Source: Eukaryota sp. TZLM1-RC
Taxonomy: Eukaryota; Protista; Metamonada: BaSk clade
Reading direction: 5' to 3'
NCBI GenBank assembly: GCA_040285825.1
Contig: JAUPSS010000004.1
Location: 5,361,784 to 5,425,783, forward strand
DNA: 64,000 bases
A model generated the notes under the pieces. The model searched no databases, was not told where the DNA came from, and worked only from the letters and a program-made list of their open reading frames with translations. The translations under genes were made by a program, and so were the position numbers. Shown here piece after piece: positions 55,479 to 64,000 of the stretch (position 1 is the first letter of the stretch; every line of letters begins with the position of its first letter).

Positions 55479-55970
55479 ATGTTTGAATCTTTAACATACA
55501 CTGGTTCTCTCCCTGAACAATATGAACAGCTTCACATTCAGCTTGATACAATGCTTACGGGTGAATCTGATCGCATCGCACATTTGAGCAATGCTTCTGC
55601 CTTATTAAACCACTTTTTGCAGAACGTCAATTGGGTGGGTTTCTACATTTTGAAACATGATGTGCTCATACTTGGACCGTTTCAGGGCTTACCTGCTTGT
55701 GTGAGAATTCCAAAAGCCACAGGAGTCTGTGGTACTGCTGTTGCAGATCGTTCTGTTCAGCGTATCGCTGATGTACATGTGTTCCCTGGTCATATAGCGT
55801 GCGACTCTGCCAGTAACAGTGAAATCGTTGTTCCCATCTTTCTCGATGGTGAGATTTATGGCGTACTAGACATTGATAGTCCTATTTATGGGCGTTTCAG
55901 TGAAGAAGATGAACGTGGCTTAGTAGCATTTATTGATATTTTAGCAAAACATTTAAAATATAGTTCATGA
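55479..55970 (+). CDS. msrC: Free methionine-R-sulfoxide reductase (GAF domain, fRMsr)
   Basis: LSNASALL, NWVGFY, LGPFQGLPACVRI, GVCG, FPGHIACD..SNSEIVVP, GVLDIDSP. Confidence 0.92.
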   Translation: MFESLTYTGSLPEQYEQLHIQLDTMLTGESDRIAHLSNASALLNHFLQNVNWVGFYILKHDVLILGPFQGLPACVRIPKATGVCGTAVADRSVQRIADVHVFPGHIACDSASNSEIVVPIFLDGEIYGVLDIDSPIYGRFSEEDERGLVAFIDILAKHLKYSS

Positions 55971-56199
55971 AGATGTCACTTGTTGTCCAAAGAGTAGCTG
56001 AATCTGTTGGTAGAAAGCAATGGTAGCTCTTTTGCTTCCAGTTTTCTCATTTTGTCACAGTGTCTGTTGGACAGTTCATAAATACATTTAATATTCATTC
56101 CATTCATTTCTTTATAGATATGGGTTTACATATATTTTTTAACAATTACATTTATCATTTTCAACATGCTTCTTTCAAAACATCAATAATCAACTTTCT

Positions 56200-57100
56200 C
56201 AAATTTTAAATCTATCGAAAACTTATCTATAACATCTTCTTCATAATATTGTTCAGGTGGAAACAACGGGCTAGAATTTCCGTTGTGCATTCCCTTGAAA
56301 ACAGAAAATACAATTCTTTTGCCAGAAAATTCAGTCAGAAATTCTTCTTGTTATGTTTTTCTTAATTATAGAGAAATTGTTTAGAGCATATTTTCTAGTA
56401 GTATTGCCCAAGTATGCAAATAAGGAGAATGCAAAAGAACAAAGAAGGTATTGTGGGTGTGAAATGGTATGTAAACTATTAATTTTCTTTGCATATTTAT
56501 TATATTGGCCTTTTCAGCTCTACGTAAAGGTGAATTGAAAAAGAGTGCATGTTTTTCATTTGAGCTATTTAATACATCTGTGGACAGACATCAATAATAA
56601 TCATTGATCCATCTAGATGGAACCAACACAACTTTAGAACTTTCACCAAAAGAAATTCTGTCAGATACCTCAGCCATATTACAAAACAAATGTTTGAAAC
56701 AGATTAAATCTTGTAAAACTACTACATACAATATGGTTGATCACGGACTGCATAATGAACTTTTGATTTCAGAGTAACAAAACGATGGTAATTAGATAAA
56801 AAGTAGGAGTGACAGTTTTACCACATTTACTAACTAAACCATAGAGAAATTTATCACGGCAAGTAGATGATCAAAGACACAAAGAAAATAAAGAAGAAGG
56901 ACCATTCAGAAACAAGCCATAAGATACAGCGACTTGATCAATTAAACAAGAAGCAGAACTATCACTGACATCAAGTAACAAATTTGAAAAAGTGGGATTT
57001 TTTGTTTGATCATGCCAAGATAACAATATGTAGATATGCTTCAGTATCCAAGTTTTCAAAAATCATTGTTATTTTTTGGTTGAAGTTCCTTTACGCAATG
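56200..57100 (-). mobile_element. Highly degenerate CRE-like RLE fragment
   Basis: NPTFSNLL.DVSDSSASCL, KVHYAVRDQ, and a degenerate FW.KRIVFSVFKGM motif. Confidence 0.65.
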
Positions 57101-57634
57101 CATTCTCTCTTGAACTGTGTCAGAAAAGATTGACACAAGGTTTCTGGTGCAATTGTACTAATTGCAATATCAAGTATATGCAACTTATTTCAAGACGATG
57201 CAATAAAGTTCTTTGTACTTTTTCCAGCAACTCCAGCATCACATAATGTGGTTTCATATTTTTGCAAAATCTACTGCTGAACACATCGAAGTTCAATGTA
57301 CAAAGTTAATATCTAAGTCTCATTAGTGCAAAAGACAAAACTATCTGACGGAGGGCGCTTTGTCTTAATTGTTATTTCAATTTTAACACTATGAGAGACA
57401 AAGGTCGCATTGTTTGAAAATTCTTTGTATCAAAATCTTTTGTACAATTCAGTATGGTTTAAAACGTCATTATTCGCAACTAAGTTTGTCAGAACTCATC
57501 ATTTTTATACATTTACTGAAATATTCATCAAATTTCTGAATAAAAAACTTATTCAGTTTACTATAAATCGATAATACAAGAATAAAAAGGTGATGAAAAA
57601 TTAATTTATTAAAGTACAAAAAATACAAGCAAAT

Positions 57635-60600
57635 CTACAAGAGAATTAAGGCACAACCTCTACTAATCCAGTGAGATTTATCTTTTTTTGTTGGAATTTC
57701 AATAGAAAGTACATAATTAGTAGAATGACCTGTTGTTGATAACACACCTCTCCTCTCAATAGTTTTATAAAGTGGTGCCAAGTAAGCAAAGTCGTCACCT
57801 TTATAATTTTCAACTGGAATGAAATGCACTAAAGGCATCTTTGAGTACAGTACGCCCTCAACAGGTTCGTCCACGTAACCAAATGACTTATCTTCTTCCC
57901 AAACCCAAGCTCCAGACTCCATGTAAAGACCATCTACAAAAACACCATCCTTGGAAAGGTCGATTTGAGAGGAATCAGAGAGAAACTCAAATCTAAATGA
58001 AAGAGTATCAATAGGAATTTTGTATTTTCTGGCGTGCAATTGTAATACGGACGTCAAAAATCCTTGAGGAAAAGAGAAAGTGGCCATATTAAACACTTTG
58101 GGCTTTCCATTCCGAACCCAATCTCTGAAAAACTCTACTCTATTATTAAAATCAGTAAACCAAGAATTCAAAGGTTTGGTAGAAGGGTAAGCAGCATTAG
58201 CCCACATTGAGGGGACTTGGTTATTGAGCAATGAAGTAAATACAAGTTCGAGTTCATATGACATAACGACCAAGCCTTCAATTGCTTTACCTAAATCTTC
58301 CAAGCTGCTCTTCACCACTCTAACAACAGAATTATACTTGATAACTTCATGGTTGAGAGTGTTGGAAAGAGCGGAAATGATTCCATCTGGTCCCTTTGCA
58401 AATAATGACGGCTCAGCTTCGTCAAGATTAATTTCCTCAGGCAAACTTTTTAACAATTTCAAAGCTAACTGAGAGACAAGTTCTTCAGCTGTTTGTCCCC
58501 CTCCCGAAGCCCCAGATCTTGGTTGTAGGCCAATAACGGTGGATAACAATTGTTTTGCTTCAGAAATGTAGAGAGAAATACTTGCATTTGGATGAAGACC
58601 AAATATTTCAGGGGAATCAACCTCTGGAAGACCAAATGCGTACTCTTTTAATTCTTCAATGGATTCAGCTTCAGGGGAATAATAAGTTGGTAAATCATAG
58701 AACAAATAACCTTTTTCAAGAATTTCAGGTGTGTAAAATTTGTTCAAAATAGTGCTCAATGCTCTTTTGTCTTGACCATCTGTGAAGCGTCCTCCATACG
58801 CGATATCACCGGTTAGATACCTCAATGCCTCCCAAGGGATTTCGTCTTGCTCAGCCAAAAACATATTCAAGGTTGATAAACTAATCGCAAAATCTGAATC
58901 AGAAATGGCATACGGAATGTTAAACGCTGTCGGTCCCCAAGATTTTCGTTGTTGGATTAATGCATGAAAAAAGGCAAGGCCAAAAGATAACCGTCTGAAT
59001 GGTAATAATTTAGGATGGGAGTTAAAATCTTGTTCATTAAATTGATTCAGAGTCCTGATTAAGTTTGCCTTTAAACCTTTGGGAGGCTCATTCGTCAGCT
59101 TTATACTATTTTGGAGAACAGTTACTGGAAAGTTCTTTGATGGCATTGATGATAACCATAGCCTGAAATCAGGATGAACTTGCCCTGTAGAGAGGGAAAG
59201 TACAATTCGTTCCAAGCAAGGCATCCAAGATTCAGCCAAGTGACAATTAGACAGATACACCCAGTCACCAGACTTTCTCGCATCTTGAATGTACATTTCA
59301 GCTATTGGACCTTGGTTTTGGCCAAGAGATCTAGTGTGTAACCTATCAGAATAGCCTCTTTCTTCAGCAAATTTCAACAATGTTTCAGTGGGATCTGCCC
59401 CTACTGATAAAATGAAAACAATAGGTGTAGAAGGTGAGGAATCATTGAAGACTGTAGGTAGATCAAAAGGAAGTGCTGAGGTGTATTTTTGACCTAGTGA
59501 CTTGGAAACATATTGACTGAGAGCGAATATAGTTTGTTTCTGCTTAAATATTTGGACAAACATTAAAAACTGGAAATTGCTAGACTTTTCATTCCAAGGA
59601 CTGGGTAGTTCATAATCCAAAGACTCCTGTTGACTCCACTCCTGCCACGTGTCACTTTGATTGATGACGTCATCAACAATACCGTCAAAAGAAGTCAATT
59701 GACCCATATAATTAATCAATTCCCATTCACGATCACCTATCCACGAAGGACGGTTGTCGGGAAGATCTAGATCCAAAGTGGTCGGTCCTTTTAAAAAGAA
59801 ATTCCAATCTTCTTCAGAGATTAACTTGGAATTGCGCTCAATTGAAGAAGCAATTAGGAATGCAAAAACCAATTTGTCTTTTTCGAAAATACCTCGACAA
59901 ACGTTTTCAAAGGTCAACTCAGTGACCCCATCAATCAAAAATTTGAGCCTTTCCTCCAAATTTTCAGATTGTTGGGCATTTTTTAGCACATTTTGGAATA
60001 AATTACTGAAATAAGACAATGAAAACTGGTACATTGAGTCAATCAAAGCCAAATCAGTAATTACAAAGTAAAGAATACTACCCCTTGTGGCCATTGGTCT
60101 AAATGATTCTCTGGCCTTGTTAATCTTGGCCTCAGTAACTTCACTTTCTCCCACTCGTTGTGATATCACCGATGACGTGACTTTTGATTGATTAAGGGTA
60201 TTGATGAGCCCATCATCATCAAGAACATTGTCGGTTGTATTAATTAAGTGTAATATTTGATCTTCAAAATCTTTGAGTTGTTTCCTATCACTGGCCATTG
60301 AAAGAATCAAATGATCTCTATCTGCCTCAAGTGAAGGTTTTTCAGATTTCACCACATCACCCAACAGCTGGTTTTCTAATCCCAATCTGGTAACAGTAAA
60401 GTTTAGGATTGTGACTGAAATACAGACTTCTGGTAGGTAATGAGGATTGGGAAGTTTGGTGGTAATATAGAGTCTAAAGTTTGAATCATATTGAACATCA
60501 GAATCCCCAATTCTAATCATATCTTGACCTTGAACTTTGAATATTTTCTTCTTCAGAATAGGCTCCAATGCCGGGTCAATTTCCTCACCAATATCTTCCA

Positions 60601-63600
60601 ACAAAACAGGGGTACCAATATAGACTGCTTGCTCTAGGGTCCTTATCAAAGTGGTATTAGTCACTGAAGTCATTTTAACAACCTTTAGGCCGTGAGATCC
60701 TTCCATATTCTTTATCCAATCAACAGCTTGACCTTGGGGATCAATGAACAGAGGCCAACGTTGAGAACGTGATGAAATTACGGCATTTTCAACAGAAACA
60801 TCATCAGTGGGAAGACCTTGAATGTTCCATTCTCTTACTTTGACAGGCGAAGAGAGGGTATTGATAAGAGAGAAATCAGATGATATTGGGATATGACGAT
60901 CTTCACAAAGCTTGATCCATTGCATGATCATCTCCTGGCGGTACTCAGTAGTAAAAGCTCCTAAATACGATAATGAACCAGCTGCCACCACCATTGTCCC
61001 TATTAGAGTGTTTAATTGTTCAGTTAGTTGGGAAGCAGAACGTTCCCATCGAACTTGTTCATCAGCCAAGAGCACTGTTAGTTGGGTGGCTCTTTCAAGT
61101 CTGGCATTTGTATCGCTAATTTTTAGTTCCAATCTTTTTTTAGAGGCCATTTGGTTTTCATAATTACTTTGAAGTTCCGCTAGTTGGTCCTCAACCTTTT
61201 TTAATTCTGCTTGTTTCTCCTTCAACTTTGCTTGGTTCTTTGCCAAGTTAGCCTGAGCTTCACGTAGCCTAGCCTTCTTTGGTTCAACCGTCTTGCTGAC
61301 TTTGTGGTAAACATCAATACTCCTAGCCCACATGCATAGGGACATTGCAGCAACAGAGACATTCTTGACTACTTCTGGAACAAAATCAGGATTCTCAATG
61401 TAAGAAGAAAGTTTATTAAACGTAGAATTGGGTATCTTACCCTGATCCATTTCATTCTTATAGTTCCGCAGCTTTGGTATTAATTGAGTGTCACCCAGTA
61501 AACTCTTGGCAGCTGCCCAATCAGGCTTGCTTCCCATAAGGATGCACACCGCTTCCATTACTGTCTGAACTAGCTGTGGTGGTTTAATAAAAGCTTTGAT
61601 TTCATAAATATCAGAAGTTTTCAAAGCATCCAAAGCTTTAATTGCTTGTTCTAGTTGTGGTAAAGCTTCATCTAAATCACGTTGGGCATCGTCAGCAATA
61701 GCGTTAGCTTCTTCCGCTTGTTGTGTTACTACTGATTCTTCCTCTTGGACAACATTCTTAATCTTAGCAGCTTCTGCTTGATCCACTTCGAGTTTTTCTA
61801 GTAAAGAGGCAGTTTTAGCAGCTGAATCTTTCAAAATAGGTTCCATTTCAGTCAACTCTACCTTCATTTCGTCTGTTTTAGAATTCGTTTCTGCCAGCTT
61901 TTGCAATCCATTAAGTAATTTATCCCTAGTCTGGCCAATTTCTTCTCTTTTTTCTGCTAATAATCTCGAATAAGACTGTAAAAGTTCCAAGTAACTAGTT
62001 GGCGTAACATAGTATCTTCTTCTTAAACGTTGGAAAAACAGCTCTGAACTTTGAACAACAGATTCATGAATTTCGACACAAACTCTTGCCACATCATCAA
62101 CTACATCACGTGATGTGGCGTCATCATTTTGACTCTTTGTCACATCACCATTCAAATCAACTTTGCCTAGAAAATGCTTAGCAACTGACAACAAAGCAGT
62201 TGCTGGCCATGGTTCAAACCAATCAATCGTACAACAATTAATTAAAGAGGGAAACTGTCTACAATTTCTCCTGAAAGAGTCTCCAACAGGCGACATGCAT
62301 AGCACAACATGAAGATTATCACGAACTCGTTGAATAAACTGATGGTAAATAGCATCTCTGGTCTCAGACAAACCGAGTTCTCTGATAATAGGTCGCATTT
62401 GAGTAATTAATTCTTCATAATCTTCATTTTCGTAGAGATTAGGTACCTCTCCTGAATTTAAAATATTATTGACATCTTCAAGAAAAGAATCATCAACTAT
62501 TTGAGAATCTGTCAATAGAAACACCACTGATTTACCTTCAATTCCAGCCTTGTTGTACATAGACCTCAGGTCTTCTCTAAAATTTGAAATTCCATAATTA
62601 CGAGTTAATTCGATCCTAAATAAATCAAATTCGGCAACATGGGCAGCTAATCGAGTTAATGACTGTTTTCCGCTGCCCCCGACCCCCACCAGCAAAGCAT
62701 TTCCTCTTGGCTGTCTAAGAATACGGGAAATTCGGCAAATATGCTTAATCGCATCCTCAAAAAACACCAAGTCCATTTCATTAGAATTAGAAACATTATA
62801 ATCTTCAAGAGAGTCCCTCAAAACTTTAATCAATTTCTCCCAATCTTTAACTTGTTGGTAAGGCTTGATGTCCAAACCTGCATGTGCTGTAAGATCTGAA
62901 AAAACCAGAGGAACTTCTGAAGCGAAAAGTTCATCATAATCCCATAACACAGATAAGTGCTTCTTGGCAAGATCAAAAAGAGTTTTCTTGAACCATTCTC
63001 GATCTCCTTCTTCTACTAACCGATCATGGAAAACTCTCATTGATTCGTGAGACCACAAACGAACAAATGAGTCACCATCAGTACAATGAGAAGGCTCAAT
63101 CATGGTTACTCCTTGAATTACTTTGCTTAAATCTCGTAAATTAAACGTGTAATGGGATTTAGAAGGTGTTGGTCTCATTTGGGAAAGCACAAGATTGTAA
63201 ATGTCAATGGAAGCATGTACAGTGTTTCGAGACATGTCAATGATCTCTTTTTTGAAATTTTTGGCTTCTAAATACCCTGACAAGAGACAACCAAATATTC
63301 TTCCCAATACTGCTTCACTTGGCTGAGGAATCACAAATTGATTGAAATGACGAATGACACGTGGAGTGACGTCACTACGACCCCCACCAGGTGGTGCACA
63401 AGCAGCAATCATCGACATTGATTGGATTGATAACCAGTTTCCTTTACTTCTGTCGTAAAATCCAGAATAGTCAAGTATTTGTCTTAATAATTCAATAGGA
63501 GGTTGAGCACCATAAACTTCTTTTTTCGGCATATTTAGATCATCTATAAATAAACATACACTTTTACTTAACCCTGCAGGTCCCAAAATTCCTTTCCTTT

Positions 63601-64000
63601 TCTGCTCAAGCTTCATTTCTAACATGTCCTGAGTCCTATTAGCTGAAGTTTGGGCGGAAAAAGTTAAAGATATTGTCGAAACCGCGCTCGAATTGGTGAT
63701 TTTATCAAGTGAATCAGAAATTATAACAGTCTTTCCAACCCCAGAACCTCCAGTAAATAAAACAGGATTAAAGGTAGACTGCAACTTACTCAACAAGTAA
63801 GAATACCTAACAGTATCAATAGTGGGGACTAGAGCTGAAAAGTAAGGTAAGTTAGGATTATACTGGTATTCCTCCACAGAGTTCTCCCAAGGCACCAACT
63901 CATTGGTTTCAAAACAAACTCTATAATCAAAGACACAGCCATTGACGGGGAATATTGAACCCAATAAATCAGATATAAATAAATCAAACTCAGGTCGAGT
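57635..64000 (-). CDS. Axonemal dynein heavy chain (inner-arm, single-headed type), 5'-partial
   Basis: P-loops GGSGVGKT and GVGGSGKQS, stalk coiled coils, AAA5/AAA6, C-terminal GVLSTTGHSTNYV; frame open to the window edge. Confidence 0.96.
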   Translation of the reverse strand, partial: TRPEFDLFISDLLGSIFPVNGCVFDYRVCFETNELVPWENSVEEYQYNPNLPYFSALVPTIDTVRYSYLLSKLQSTFNPVLFTGGSGVGKTVIISDSLDKITNSSAVSTISLTFSAQTSANRTQDMLEMKLEQKRKGILGPAGLSKSVCLFIDDLNMPKKEVYGAQPPIELLRQILDYSGFYDRSKGNWLSIQSMSMIAACAPPGGGRSDVTPRVIRHFNQFVIPQPSEAVLGRIFGCLLSGYLEAKNFKKEIIDMSRNTVHASIDIYNLVLSQMRPTPSKSHYTFNLRDLSKVIQGVTMIEPSHCTDGDSFVRLWSHESMRVFHDRLVEEGDREWFKKTLFDLAKKHLSVLWDYDELFASEVPLVFSDLTAHAGLDIKPYQQVKDWEKLIKVLRDSLEDYNVSNSNEMDLVFFEDAIKHICRISRILRQPRGNALLVGVGGSGKQSLTRLAAHVAEFDLFRIELTRNYGISNFREDLRSMYNKAGIEGKSVVFLLTDSQIVDDSFLEDVNNILNSGEVPNLYENEDYEELITQMRPIIRELGLSETRDAIYHQFIQRVRDNLHVVLCMSPVGDSFRRNCRQFPSLINCCTIDWFEPWPATALLSVAKHFLGKVDLNGDVTKSQNDDATSRDVVDDVARVCVEIHESVVQSSELFFQRLRRRYYVTPTSYLELLQSYSRLLAEKREEIGQTRDKLLNGLQKLAETNSKTDEMKVELTEMEPILKDSAAKTASLLEKLEVDQAEAAKIKNVVQEEESVVTQQAEEANAIADDAQRDLDEALPQLEQAIKALDALKTSDIYEIKAFIKPPQLVQTVMEAVCILMGSKPDWAAAKSLLGDTQLIPKLRNYKNEMDQGKIPNSTFNKLSSYIENPDFVPEVVKNVSVAAMSLCMWARSIDVYHKVSKTVEPKKARLREAQANLAKNQAKLKEKQAELKKVEDQLAELQSNYENQMASKKRLELKISDTNARLERATQLTVLLADEQVRWERSASQLTEQLNTLIGTMVVAAGSLSYLGAFTTEYRQEMIMQWIKLCEDRHIPISSDFSLINTLSSPVKVREWNIQGLPTDDVSVENAVISSRSQRWPLFIDPQGQAVDWIKNMEGSHGLKVVKMTSVTNTTLIRTLEQAVYIGTPVLLEDIGEEIDPALEPILKKKIFKVQGQDMIRIGDSDVQYDSNFRLYITTKLPNPHYLPEVCISVTILNFTVTRLGLENQLLGDVVKSEKPSLEADRDHLILSMASDRKQLKDFEDQILHLINTTDNVLDDDGLINTLNQSKVTSSVISQRVGESEVTEAKINKARESFRPMATRGSILYFVITDLALIDSMYQFSLSYFSNLFQNVLKNAQQSENLEERLKFLIDGVTELTFENVCRGIFEKDKLVFAFLIASSIERNSKLISEEDWNFFLKGPTTLDLDLPDNRPSWIGDREWELINYMGQLTSFDGIVDDVINQSDTWQEWSQQESLDYELPSPWNEKSSNFQFLMFVQIFKQKQTIFALSQYVSKSLGQKYTSALPFDLPTVFNDSSPSTPIVFILSVGADPTETLLKFAEERGYSDRLHTRSLGQNQGPIAEMYIQDARKSGDWVYLSNCHLAESWMPCLERIVLSLSTGQVHPDFRLWLSSMPSKNFPVTVLQNSIKLTNEPPKGLKANLIRTLNQFNEQDFNSHPKLLPFRRLSFGLAFFHALIQQRKSWGPTAFNIPYAISDSDFAISLSTLNMFLAEQDEIPWEALRYLTGDIAYGGRFTDGQDKRALSTILNKFYTPEILEKGYLFYDLPTYYSPEAESIEELKEYAFGLPEVDSPEIFGLHPNASISLYISEAKQLLSTVIGLQPRSGASGGGQTAEELVSQLALKLLKSLPEEINLDEAEPSLFAKGPDGIISALSNTLNHEVIKYNSVVRVVKSSLEDLGKAIEGLVVMSYELELVFTSLLNNQVPSMWANAAYPSTKPLNSWFTDFNNRVEFFRDWVRNGKPKVFNMATFSFPQGFLTSVLQLHARKYKIPIDTLSFRFEFLSDSSQIDLSKDGVFVDGLYMESGAWVWEEDKSFGYVDEPVEGVLYSKMPLVHFIPVENYKGDDFAYLAPLYKTIERRGVLSTTGHSTNYVLSIEIPTKKDKSHWISRGCALILL

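Noticed and set aside
57635-64000. Short antisense ORFs within dynein (and similarly within NEK, PRP31 and the hAT transposase)
   Set aside because: Shadow ORFs of real genes with no independent support.

Overview
Eukaryotic, AT-rich, apparently intron-free genomic DNA from a flagellated protist (axonemal dynein heavy chain, PRP31, NEK kinase, CDC123, FHIT, RCC1-repeat proteins). A metamonad-like organism is only a guess from gene style. Host genes are separated by dense patchworks of transposon fragments: CRE-type RLE non-LTR retroelements and Ty3/Gypsy-like gag-protease and integrase pieces. Main points: (1) Two distinct Fanzor1-type (TnpB-related) RNA-guided nuclease families are present. 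Family A at 15637-17360 (-) keeps its RuvC D-E-D triad, is broken only by a 1-nt shortfall in an A7 run (and has no ATG at its 5' end), and is followed directly by a ~150-nt multi-stem RNA with GNRA tetraloops, a candidate omegaRNA; two further partial copies lie in the window. Family B (~924 aa reconstructed, with a ~180-aa N-terminal extension) is interrupted by a CRE insertion with a 12-bp TSD. (2) A 20-copy 5S rDNA array (~383-bp unit) carries an intact 2585-bp hAT transposon (24-bp perfect TIRs, 8-bp TSD) inside a 5S coding sequence, and the terminal array copy is broken within the same 8-bp site. (3) Two gag-related ORFs diverge from a 15-bp palindrome that resembles a primer-binding site on both strands. 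(4) There is a 2732-aa RCC1/acidic-repeat/PH protein with constant and variable blocks, a bacterial-looking fRMsr, and two unexplained hairpin-rich regions. All calls come from reading the sequence by eye; no searches or folding programs were run.
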